Notes under the pieces: generated by a model
Told to the model about the DNA's origin: nothing
Seen by the model: only the letters and a program-made list of their open reading frames with translations
Database searches by the model: none
Assembly: GCA_044360755.1 (NCBI GenBank)
Contig: JBIKJV010000379.1
Location: 1-60,447, forward strand
Direction of reading: 5' to 3'
DNA: 60,447 nt
Source of the DNA: Phycisphaerales bacterium
GTDB taxonomy: Bacteria; Planctomycetota; Phycisphaerae; Phycisphaerales; SM1A02
Program-made: the position numbers and the translations under genes
In this document: in pieces, positions 36,101 to 42,779 of the stretch
How the letters are laid out: each line of letters opens with the position of its first letter
Numbering within the stretch: the stretch's first letter is position 1

Positions 36101-36883
36101 TGCTTGGTAGATAGCGCCGTTGTAAGAAACCAACGCGTTAACCGCGTATGTTGTGGAGCTGGAGTATGCAGGTGTACTTTGCAAGTCGTTAACTTGAGCC
36201 TGCACAGCATTAACACGAGCGTTTACAGAACCTGCAAGGCTGGCAGGTGCGTCAATTAAATCAATGCGAGAACTAAGACCTGAGAAGAGTTGTGCAGATG
36301 TCAGTTCACCAGTCAACGCTTCTAGGAGTTTGGCAACATCTTGGCCGGTAGTGACAACAAATCCATTCGTGCCGCCAGCAGGGCTTGCACTAAGAACGCC
36401 GTCATTGGACTCCCACTTAATCCACAAATGCCACTCAGTAGCCGGGTCGGTAGCGTAAGAAGTAACTTGTCCCGCGAATTGGGTAATTTCAACCGCGTTA
36501 GCAAAAACTGGCTGAGGTTCACTACCTGCGCGTTTAGCACCGTAAATATGAGACGTACGGTGTCCATGCCCTTGTGTGTAAATAGGTGCGTCGCACTCAA
36601 TGATGATTGTGGTAATCGCAGCCGTAGCGGTAAAACCTGTAGGCGTAGGAGGCGCAGTAAGATCAGGAACGTAGGGGCCAGAGACGGATGGGCCAGTGAT
36701 AAGAGGGGCAGAGCCGCCGCCAAATTGGAAGTTACTTACCGAGGCAAAGCCTGAGTCAACCAAGTCGCGTAGCGTCACACCACGGTCAAGCGGGTCGCCC
36801 TGCTTACCCAAATAGGTCATCAAGGTCTCACGGACACGAGCGCCAAAGTTACTGGCGCTGTCGCTTGGAATGTCGTTTCTCAT
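33155..36883 (-). CDS. tail fibre / host-specificity (J-like) protein (1242 aa)
   Basis: FN3-like N-terminal region, six 40-aa NxYYTKTATDSAI repeats, RYTVKVDLNGYVSGFGL, four 17-aa TGLGSLATANTVAASSV repeats. Confidence 0.75.
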   Translation of the reverse strand: MRNDIPSDSASNFGARVRETLMTYLGKQGDPLDRGVTLRDLVDSGFASVSNFQFGGGSAPLITGPSVSGPYVPDLTAPPTPTGFTATAAITTIIIECDAPIYTQGHGHRTSHIYGAKRAGSEPQPVFANAVEITQFAGQVTSYATDPATEWHLWIKWESNDGVLSASPAGGTNGFVVTTGQDVAKLLEALTGELTSAQLFSGLSSRIDLIDAPASLAGSVNARVNAVQAQVNDLQSTPAYSSSTTYAVNALVSYNGAIYQAIQATTGNLPTNTTYWTKVGDYTSLGQVVAAHTTQIGNIVTDLGAETVARQTLYNQVNDATTGLPATVASLTNNYYTKTATDSAITSATTSLVSGTALNNALGAYTTTANLINDYYTKSATDSAITSATQFLVSNTALDSALATYASSADLTNNYYTKTATDSAISQATLDLVTSTNLNNTLGNYATTATLSNDYYTKTATDSAISVATTGLVSETALNNTLGSYTSTATLTNDYYTKTATDSAISNATLYLVSETGLNSALGNYATTATLSSDYYTKTATDSAITNATTTFVSSSTLDNYTTTAALQANYFTKSSGENLEGRYTVKVDLNGYVSGFGLASTANTAGATSTFAVRADSFYIASPSGPGITPTMPFIVRTAETEIGGQTVPAGVYITDGYIQNGTITNAKIADLAVDSAKITSLTADKIIAGSISVGQYIQSSNFVAGNAGWRVDGNGVAEFGAAAIRGQLVASQIDTRGLSIKDSNGNIIFAAGTPLSTTNITGLGSLATANTVAATSVTGLGSLATADTVAASSVTGLGSLATANTVAASSVTGLGTLATASSVNWSTQITNIPSFGNFAYLSSITSANISTYIASAAIGEAYIADASITNAKIGTAAVSNAKIGNFIASSDFNGTIDGNGNITDNGTVGWAVAKGNGVSGKAVFQNIVARGDIEVPAASIGSAKIAELAVGRLQIVGGAITFSAIVELENTWPFSDLSLRQIGFIDFSSAAQDGAFLKLMVQPLSPGAANTSILDNYKLQISTDATTWTTVNESFTSISYDPENPYVSYAQVVFTNAAPIRLAPVTYGAPTRGYWWGTADRTRALLTELSVWPANNSFGTVTMQFVFLIPNAGTYRLYYCADDILSSGNFGTPQSGVVNLSSFAWSYTTPNVLTYTTNGPNQIATLNVTCTDTGGLEGFAAYFVNTATEIANSTEGALWTVRRPNYVTSVYKYARVLAQRSDGGANPNVNAWLGVEIIRK
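34419..34600. repeat. 51-nt tandem repeat (~3.5 copies) inside the fibre gene
   Basis: GCAGTAGCCAA... units start at 34419, 34470, 34521 and 34572. Confidence 0.85.
35160..35890. repeat. 120-nt tandem repeat (6 copies plus 1 degenerate) inside the fibre gene
   Basis: CTTGGTGTAGTAG-type anchors at 35270, 35390, 35510, 35630, 35750 and 35870. Confidence 0.85.
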
Positions 36884-38523
36884 AGCTGTTTGAGTTCCTC
36901 AATAGATGTCGCGATGGCTGCATCTTGGACAGGGTTTGAACCTTCCAGCTCAATCTGAAACTCGAATGCGCGGTAGCCACTTGGCAACCTAAACGGATTG
37001 CGGTCTGCAACGGTCTGCGTGTGCTTTAGTGCGCCGTCGGCGTACAATCGGAATGTGACGGGGTATGCGTTGGCAACAACCACTGCAGCAGCAAAATTTA
37101 TTGGGGAGCCTTGGCGGAATGGCTTGCTGCGTGAGCGATATGTCATCGCTGTGCCTGCGTCCCACTTACCGACGTTTGTACCTGTCAATACATACAGTTG
37201 ATCTTTGAGGCTGTCGAAGTACATGGCTGAATAGCCAACATCGAGGAAGTAAATACCGCCGCCGTTGGGATCGATGATGAAGCCCTTGCGGCCAGAGCCG
37301 TCGTTGTAGCTGCCTAAGTACATACCCTCATACATCTTGCCAATAATGCTACTTGGAACCAGTGCTTGCCAGTCTTCACGAAGCATAACGCCATTAGTAA
37401 TAACCCTAGCACCATCTTGGCCAAGCCAGCACAGACCATCTTCAGAAGCCCAAGCCACACCAGTACCCATGCTTACAATAGAACGTGCAGCTACGCAGGC
37501 TTGGTTGATTTCCAAGGGCTTTTGATCCATACCATCAGGGGTCGAGCCTTGCGCAACCAACGGGCGTCCGGTTGTCAACACCAGCAAAGTTTGCCCGAAC
37601 ACGCCAAGGCCGACAGGTTTGCTGTCTGGTGGGATGATCTCGTACGTTGGAGGCCATGCATAAGGAGCATATGGCTCGCAGATGCGCACCGAGTTACCCG
37701 AGATACCACTCATCATTCCGTTCCACATAGCCGTCAGATTAGACAGCGTTGGTTCAGTAATGCTCGTTGCGCCGCCTGTTGGAACACCGGGAGCTGGGAA
37801 CCAGAAATTCGTTCCGAGGTTTTCACCAAGGGTGCGGTTGTCGTCTGTGGTTGACGACGTTGCGATAGTGATCTCGCGCAGGAAATAGAAGTCAGTGCCT
37901 GTTGAACTGCCTTGTGTGCGGTAGATGCGGATCGTGGCAATGTCGTAGTTACCAGATGGCGCAGCACTAAAGCCAGAGATGGCAGTTGAGCCTAGGGTGT
38001 CCCGGGTCACTAGGGCGCTCACAGGTGATGGCGCAGATTCCCAGCCAAGGCTGTTCACGTACGTGTAGACGTAGTAGTAATACTCGATGACTGGGGATGT
38101 AGCACCGGAATTGGTTCCAGTAACTGCTGGCGCAGAAACCGGAGCAGGCAGGCCCATAGGGCGTGAAGTCGTAGGATACGGCGCTGTGGCTAGGCCAATC
38201 ACGTTGTTGGTGAACTTGGGAGCGCCGTCGCCTGTGTAGAAGGTTTGCTCGGTTGTGTCGTTAGCATCAAAGCCACGCACCACATTCACAGCAGTTGTCC
38301 AGCTAAGCCAGTACTGGGCGTCTGAGTCAACATCACGACCCATGCGATAAATGGTCTCACGACCAGCCGGAACGGTAGCAACAGTAGTTGGGGATTTCCA
38401 AGGGCGTAAGTCACCACGCCCGGGTTTTTGGTTGCGGGATGCGACACCTACAGTCTCAGGCAACAGAACGGGGTTAATCGCTCGGTTCTCACCGGCAAAG
38501 CCCGCATAGCGAATAACGGCCAT
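36880..38523 (-). CDS. virion structural protein (tail hub/nozzle candidate)
   Basis: 547-aa ORF with AGGAG SD, ATGA-coupled to the J-like fibre gene. No motif I can name. Confidence 0.55.
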   Translation of the reverse strand: MAVIRYAGFAGENRAINPVLLPETVGVASRNQKPGRGDLRPWKSPTTVATVPAGRETIYRMGRDVDSDAQYWLSWTTAVNVVRGFDANDTTEQTFYTGDGAPKFTNNVIGLATAPYPTTSRPMGLPAPVSAPAVTGTNSGATSPVIEYYYYVYTYVNSLGWESAPSPVSALVTRDTLGSTAISGFSAAPSGNYDIATIRIYRTQGSSTGTDFYFLREITIATSSTTDDNRTLGENLGTNFWFPAPGVPTGGATSITEPTLSNLTAMWNGMMSGISGNSVRICEPYAPYAWPPTYEIIPPDSKPVGLGVFGQTLLVLTTGRPLVAQGSTPDGMDQKPLEINQACVAARSIVSMGTGVAWASEDGLCWLGQDGARVITNGVMLREDWQALVPSSIIGKMYEGMYLGSYNDGSGRKGFIIDPNGGGIYFLDVGYSAMYFDSLKDQLYVLTGTNVGKWDAGTAMTYRSRSKPFRQGSPINFAAAVVVANAYPVTFRLYADGALKHTQTVADRNPFRLPSGYRAFEFQIELEGSNPVQDAAIATSIEELKQL

Positions 38524-38553
38524 GGCTAACTCCTATATGCCTAGATTGTAGTG

Positions 38554-39168
38554 TTAACCACCCAAAACAGCTAGGGCCTGATTGATGTGTTTGATGCGAT
38601 CGTCAAGGCCAATTGTGCCTCCGTTGATGCGCTTCGTCATAGTCACGAAATCACGGCCATCGGCAATCTGGTTGAGCTTGTGTGTTTGCCAGAACCAGCC
38701 CGCGGTCTGCGAGGCGTACTTGGGTGTGCGTACCAGTTCAGGCTGCATCACGAAGTCTTCACCGAGGGCCTTGCCTGCGTGGTAGAAATTGCTATGGCCG
38801 GTCAACTGGAGGAAGCCGGAGCCGCGGAAACGAAAGCCATCCCCAGAAGCCTCATCCCTGTTGCCCATACGATTGCCGTAAATCCTATTGGCGATCTTAC
38901 GTGGCTGCTTCTCGTAGGCAGCAGCCTCCTCGGGTGTAAAGCCCCATGCACGTTTAGGCGTACGGGGGAACAACTTTAAAAGCGTTGCAGCCCTGTAGTT
39001 CAGGTTCTCTTCCATGATCTTAAAGTTGCCGCACTCGTGGCCACACTGACCGATCCAGCTGGCTTGCTGCAAGGGCGTGAGGATGCCGAACCGCTCGAAG
39101 GTCTCGTTGAACGCGTCTGCCAACGAGGGGTCAATATGCATCTGTTTGAGTTGGTCAGGACTTACCAT
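38554..39168 (-). CDS. endolysin, glycoside hydrolase family 19 (chitinase-like)
   Basis: IGQCGHECGNF...MEENLNYRA...GFRFRGSGFLQLTGHSNF match GH19 catalytic Glu contexts. No signal or SAR segment. Confidence 0.85.
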   Translation of the reverse strand: MVSPDQLKQMHIDPSLADAFNETFERFGILTPLQQASWIGQCGHECGNFKIMEENLNYRAATLLKLFPRTPKRAWGFTPEEAAAYEKQPRKIANRIYGNRMGNRDEASGDGFRFRGSGFLQLTGHSNFYHAGKALGEDFVMQPELVRTPKYASQTAGWFWQTHKLNQIADGRDFVTMTKRINGGTIGLDDRIKHINQALAVLGG

Positions 39169-39655
39169 TGATTATGTTCCTTGCTTCGTTATAGGCGTCA
39201 ATGCACGCGTTCAGTTGGGCCGCGTTTCGGTCGCCTTGGGCGACGATTTCTGCGATGGCTGCGAGGGTTGCTCGCTCGGCATCAGAAGCTTCATTAGACG
39301 GTCTGTCAGGTTCACTTCTTGTTTCTGGGCTATTTGTGGTGGCAACGGTGGGAGCTGCGGGGGTTTGTACACAACTGGGGGTGGGGAGGCGCACCCGGCC
39401 AGCAGCAATGAGACGATTGAGATCAGTTTGCTTTTGATTGACAACATTTGTGGTCTCCTGAAGTTTGGTTGCAGTGGTGTTAATCTGTTCGTTCAGCTGT
39501 TGCTCTTTAGCCCGAGACTCCTCGTTCTTCTTGGCAATCTCAATTTGCATTTCCTTGTCGCGATCAGACCAGCCGAAATGATACCCACCTCGGTAAGTGC
39601 CGAACAGTGTGATGCACAGACCAACTAGTACCCAAGGAAGTGGGATGCCAAACAT
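39155..39655 (-). CDS. i-spanin (Rz-like)
   Basis: N-terminal TM LPWVLVGLCITLFG, coiled-coil periplasmic part, embedded lipoprotein ORF, adjacent to the endolysin. Confidence 0.75.
   Translation of the reverse strand: MFGIPLPWVLVGLCITLFGTYRGGYHFGWSDRDKEMQIEIAKKNEESRAKEQQLNEQINTTATKLQETTNVVNQKQTDLNRLIAAGRVRLPTPSCVQTPAAPTVATTNSPETRSEPDRPSNEASDAERATLAAIAEIVAQGDRNAAQLNACIDAYNEARNIINGKS
39211..39447 (-). CDS. o-spanin (Rz1-like), embedded in the i-spanin gene in another frame
   Basis: Signal peptide + lipobox LLLAGC, then a Pro-rich mature part (SPPPVVYKPPQLPPLPPQ). Confidence 0.7.
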   Translation of the reverse strand: MLSIKSKLISIVSLLLAGCASPPPVVYKPPQLPPLPPQIAQKQEVNLTDRLMKLLMPSEQPSQPSQKSSPKATETRPN

Positions 39656-39657
39656 AA

Positions 39658-40164
39658 TCAGTTCTCCTTACGAGCGGCTGCAATCTCTGCACGGTCATCA
39701 TCAGGCTCCATATGCTCTGGAGGCGTTGTGGGTGGGGGCCCGGGTGTCCAAGACTCATCGAGGTCTGGGTTCTGGTAGCCCATCCAGTTGTAGTTAGGCA
39801 TGACCGACGCGGGGGTGGGCGCAGGTGAAATAATCGTTGCCTGCACAGGTATTGGTGTGCTAGAAGTCTGGGTTGGTGTTGGGGTCGTAGGAGCAATTGC
39901 CTTAGCGCCAGCAGCCACAGCTCGTTTACTCATCACACCGCCAATACCGCCTACTATCAACAACACAATGTCATTGAGCATCTTGGTGTACGCCATGTCA
40001 ATGGGTGCCATTGACTTGATAGGCTGCGTGACGAATGTCACAGAGTACAGAAGCGCTACAACAATGAAGCACAGAATGCAGGTAACGGCTACAACGACGA
40101 AGCCCCAGACTCTGACTTCAATATCATCAGGGGTTAGGTTTAGTTTCAGGCTGTTGGACGTCAT
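39658..40164 (-). CDS. candidate holin (two TM segments, long P/T-rich tail)
   Basis: TM1 WGFVVVAVTCILCFIVVALLYSV. TM2 IVLLIVGGIGGVM. Directly upstream of the spanins and endolysin. Confidence 0.4.
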   Translation of the reverse strand: MTSNSLKLNLTPDDIEVRVWGFVVVAVTCILCFIVVALLYSVTFVTQPIKSMAPIDMAYTKMLNDIVLLIVGGIGGVMSKRAVAAGAKAIAPTTPTPTQTSSTPIPVQATIISPAPTPASVMPNYNWMGYQNPDLDESWTPGPPPTTPPEHMEPDDDRAEIAAARKEN

Positions 40165-40339
40165 TGACTTTCTTCTCCAAGATAGGGGCTACAAGGTATT
40201 CAGGGCAAGTCTGGGTAAACTGGCACTTGGGCTTTTGGCACTGCGGAGCGTGGAAGTTGTCAGGGTTCTGACAATAGTAGCGGTACCGGTCTTCACAACC
40301 AGCCAGCAGTATCACCGCAAAAAGAAAAATATACTTCAT
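40127..40339 (-). CDS. Cys-rich lipoprotein (70 aa)
   Basis: MKYIFLFAVILLAGC lipobox. Mature part has 5 further Cys. Confidence 0.6.
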   Translation of the reverse strand: MKYIFLFAVILLAGCEDRYRYYCQNPDNFHAPQCQKPKCQFTQTCPEYLVAPILEKKVNDVQQPETKPNP

Positions 40340-40512
40340 ACCATAACGTCCACAGAGTTGGGTCTAGCCCATTGGTTTCTGACTTGCTGCAGCTTCAATT
40401 CCTGTTCCTTCTGTAGGTTCAGGCGTTGCAGTTCCTGCAGGTTCTTCTGGTGCATAACCCTGTATGTTTCTTGCAACATCTTGGCGTTGGTGTGGTAAAG
40501 CGTTACTTTCAT
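40336..40512 (-). CDS. hypothetical small coiled-coil protein (58 aa)
   Basis: Hand-translated MKVTLYHTNAKMLQETYRVMHQKNLQELQRLNLQKEQELKLQQ... ATGA-coupled at both ends. Confidence 0.4.
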   Translation of the reverse strand: MKVTLYHTNAKMLQETYRVMHQKNLQELQRLNLQKEQELKLQQVRNQWARPNSVDVMV

Positions 40513-40658
40513 AGCCCAATCTTCCCCAGTAAAAGTGCCACGATTTTGTTTGACAAGTCATCAGGCAGGAACTTCAGAAAGCCAAGGAACCACCACGCTG
40601 CACAGCCATAGCAGAAAACTTTGCAAAACAGGTCAAATTGTTTCTGGTACTCATTCAC
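40509..40658 (-). CDS. small membrane protein (49 aa, GTG start)
   Basis: GTG 40658 overlaps the upstream stop. CKVFCYGCAAWWFLGFLKFL and IVALLLGKIGL are hydrophobic. Confidence 0.35.
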   Translation of the reverse strand: MNEYQKQFDLFCKVFCYGCAAWWFLGFLKFLPDDLSNKIVALLLGKIGL

Positions 40659-41152
40659 CGCCCACACCTTTTTGTGGTTTGGCAAAAGTCCCACAACTCG
40701 TAAATGCCCACAAACAGTAAAAACAGCAAGAACGCAGTCGCAGCAATGGCAACGGCCCACTCCTGCATCTCAGCGTCTTTTTCTTTTTGTTTTTTCTCAG
40801 CGGCTTTGAGCGCTGCCATTTCCTTGGCATCGTCCCTGTCCATCTCGGCTTGACGCTCTTTGATCTTGTTCCACACGTCGATCTTGCCAGTCTGCATAAA
40901 GAGCATTTTTAGCTCCTCCTCGAAGGCGCGAGCTTGCTCAAGCGCCATTTCGATTTGCAGGGCGGTGCCCATGTTAGAGCCTTTTTTCTCACGCTTCGCT
41001 TGCAGCATTGCTTTCGTTGCAGTGCTTTTAGCATCGAACATCTTGCCGATCATCGGCGCAAGCGAGCCTAGGTCATTGGCGACTTTACTCGCCTTCTTGA
41101 CCATGCTAATGGCTGACTGTATGCCAGCTAGGGCCGTTACGGGATCAATCAT
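40655..41152 (-). CDS. tail-anchored membrane protein (165 aa)
   Basis: Helical and charged body. C-terminal TM WAVAIAATAFLLFLLFVGIY. Confidence 0.55.
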   Translation of the reverse strand: MIDPVTALAGIQSAISMVKKASKVANDLGSLAPMIGKMFDAKSTATKAMLQAKREKKGSNMGTALQIEMALEQARAFEEELKMLFMQTGKIDVWNKIKERQAEMDRDDAKEMAALKAAEKKQKEKDAEMQEWAVAIAATAFLLFLLFVGIYELWDFCQTTKRCGR

Positions 41153-41283
41153 TTCTTCTCAACTTTTTTCCATTCAAGGCAGATCACCTTGCGGTTGTAC
41201 ACGTCCCCAGACCATGTCCATCGGACACAGCGATATTCCGTGTTTGAGCTAAGAACTAACGCTAATGCCGCAAACCATGCCAT
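41149..41283 (-). CDS. micro-ORF (44 aa) with hydrophobic N-terminus
   Basis: MAWFAALALVLSSNTEYRC... ATGA-coupled downstream. No SD. Confidence 0.3.
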   Translation of the reverse strand: MAWFAALALVLSSNTEYRCVRWTWSGDVYNRKVICLEWKKVEKK

Positions 41284-41297
41284 GGTCAGCGGTGGGT

Positions 41298-41525
41298 TTA
41301 TGTTCTGCTAAACAGACGGGAAAGGGCGGACTTAATGGAGTTGAAAAAGCTACCGCGAGTGGGTTCTGCGTTTTTCACTTCGGGTTCTGGGGTCACAGGA
41401 AGCTCAACGGGCAGCGTAACAGGTTCAGGTGTCGAAACCGTGACTGTCTTTTGCTTGGGTACAGCACGCTTCACCGGCGCTACTTTAGCGGGTGTCTTGC
41501 TGGGGGTTTTCTTTGTTGTAGCCAT
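41298..41525 (-). CDS. small basic protein with amphipathic C-terminus
   Basis: 75 aa, K/P/T-rich, C-terminal GSFFNSIKSALSRLFSRT. Confidence 0.5.
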   Translation of the reverse strand: MATTKKTPSKTPAKVAPVKRAVPKQKTVTVSTPEPVTLPVELPVTPEPEVKNAEPTRGSFFNSIKSALSRLFSRT

Positions 41526-41536
41526 ACAACATCCTA

Positions 41537-41770
41537 TTACTTATCTTGCTTGGAGTCAAGCTTGTCAAAGATTTGGCGCAGGATGTCTTTGATCTCTTTG
41601 ATGTCGGCTTTGTAGTCATCCTTCTGGACATAGTCTCGGAGGATTTGCTCACGCATAGAGGCCACATCGTCCTCCAGTTTCTGGATTTTGCGAGTAACCT
41701 GATTGAACACAAACACGGCCAAGAACGCGGCAATGCCCACGACGAAGTTAAAGATTTGTTGATTGTCCAT
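41537..41770 (-). CDS. N-terminal-TM + coiled-coil protein (DUF2730/Mu gp25-like architecture, weak)
   Basis: TM IFNFVVGIAAFLAVFVF followed by a heptad-like charged helix. Confidence 0.5.
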   Translation of the reverse strand: MDNQQIFNFVVGIAAFLAVFVFNQVTRKIQKLEDDVASMREQILRDYVQKDDYKADIKEIKDILRQIFDKLDSKQDK

Positions 41771-41792
41771 GGTCTGCTCTTAGAAAATAATT

Positions 41793-42383
41793 TTAGACGC
41801 CAAATAAATTCGCAACAAGATCAATACCCGATGCACTAGCTACAATGTTTGTACCCGAACTATTAGTAGAAATCTCTATAGTGTACGTTGCTGATACACT
41901 GCTATTAGTGCCAGAGTTATAAACCTGAACACCCTGACCAGCGCCTATCTGCACCCATCCAGTACTACCCGATGCTGAGTTACCGAATCCACCCGAGAAA
42001 AACGTTCTTGTAAACCGAATCCAGTATGATGACCCAATGTTAGCAGTTGTAGGTGTTGCCCAATTACCGTCTATGCCTCCAAGGGCTTCAAGGACAGCAT
42101 CCCAAGTACCATCAGAATTAAAATCCAGATTGACTGCGCACGCTTCTCCGGGAGCAAGAGCACTACCCTCAAAAGGCTCGTTAGAAGTTATTGATGCTAA
42201 GGAAATCGTAACCGCAGACTTACCAAAACCACTGGACATGCTAATGGTTGTACCGCTTCCACCAACTCCAAACAAAGACCGCACCGCCGAATCGTTCATA
42301 TCAATTGTGGCCGTAGCCGACCGTCCCAGTTCAGTATTTACCTGACCTAGGGATATCGAATTACCGGAGGCGGGGAGTGTCAT
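41793..42383 (-). CDS. tail-fibre-associated protein
   Basis: 196 aa. N-terminus MTLPASGNSISLGQVNTELGRSATATIDMNDSAVRSLFG is a pattern I recall from fibre-module proteins. Confidence 0.55.
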   Translation of the reverse strand: MTLPASGNSISLGQVNTELGRSATATIDMNDSAVRSLFGVGGSGTTISMSSGFGKSAVTISLASITSNEPFEGSALAPGEACAVNLDFNSDGTWDAVLEALGGIDGNWATPTTANIGSSYWIRFTRTFFSGGFGNSASGSTGWVQIGAGQGVQVYNSGTNSSVSATYTIEISTNSSGTNIVASASGIDLVANLFGV

Positions 42384-42385
42384 GG

Positions 42386-42778
42386 TTACTCAGCGGCTGG
42401 GATTGGCTCTGGAGACTCAGAAACTGGTGCCCATGGCATAGGAGTTGAAGCCAAAGAATGCTTAGCAACTTCTTTGTCTAGGACAAACTGGATGTGGGCT
42501 TTAATACCGGGCAAGCGAGTTTCTGCGGCTTCGATCCAAGCAATAACAGCAGCTTCAGTCAAGTTAGCCAAGGGGACGAAGTTTGCTGACTCTGGGTCTG
42601 CCAAGGTGATGGTTTGTGGCAGTTCAAACTTCTGACCGGCTTCCTCGCCAACCAGTGTCCAGTCGACTTGTTTGACGGTGTTCTCAAGGCCATTGACCGT
42701 AGCGGCGCGAATAGCATTGACTTTAATTGTGAAGGTAGCCGTGAAATTGTCAGGCTGAGGTGCTGCTTCGATTGTCAT
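42386..42778 (-). CDS. hypothetical fibre-module protein (130 aa)
   Basis: ATG 42778 with GGAGA SD, immediately after the fibre stop (42780). Confidence 0.55.
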   Translation of the reverse strand: MTIEAAPQPDNFTATFTIKVNAIRAATVNGLENTVKQVDWTLVGEEAGQKFELPQTITLADPESANFVPLANLTEAAVIAWIEAAETRLPGIKAHIQFVLDKEVAKHSLASTPMPWAPVSESPEPIPAAE

Positions 42779-42779
42779 A

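Noticed and set aside
36322-36723. Same-strand alternative-frame ORFs inside fibre genes (36322-36723, 43241-43597)
   Set aside because: They have no SD or start context and a repeat-driven composition. Unlike the Rz1-type ORF, they show no signal peptide or other functional signature.
33155-36883. Diversity-generating retroelement acting on the repeated fibre segments
   Set aside because: There is no reverse transcriptase gene and no template/variable repeat pair with adenine-specific differences. The repeats are ordinary diverged in-frame tandem units.
39800-40498. Long plus-strand ORF (232 aa) and similar antisense ORFs (39077-39628, 52598-53155, 54788-55405, 11061-11519, 17122-17571)
   Set aside because: They lie antisense to well-supported genes (the lysis cassette, MCP, portal, polymerase and SSB). 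They lack SDs and have low-complexity, shadow-ORF composition.
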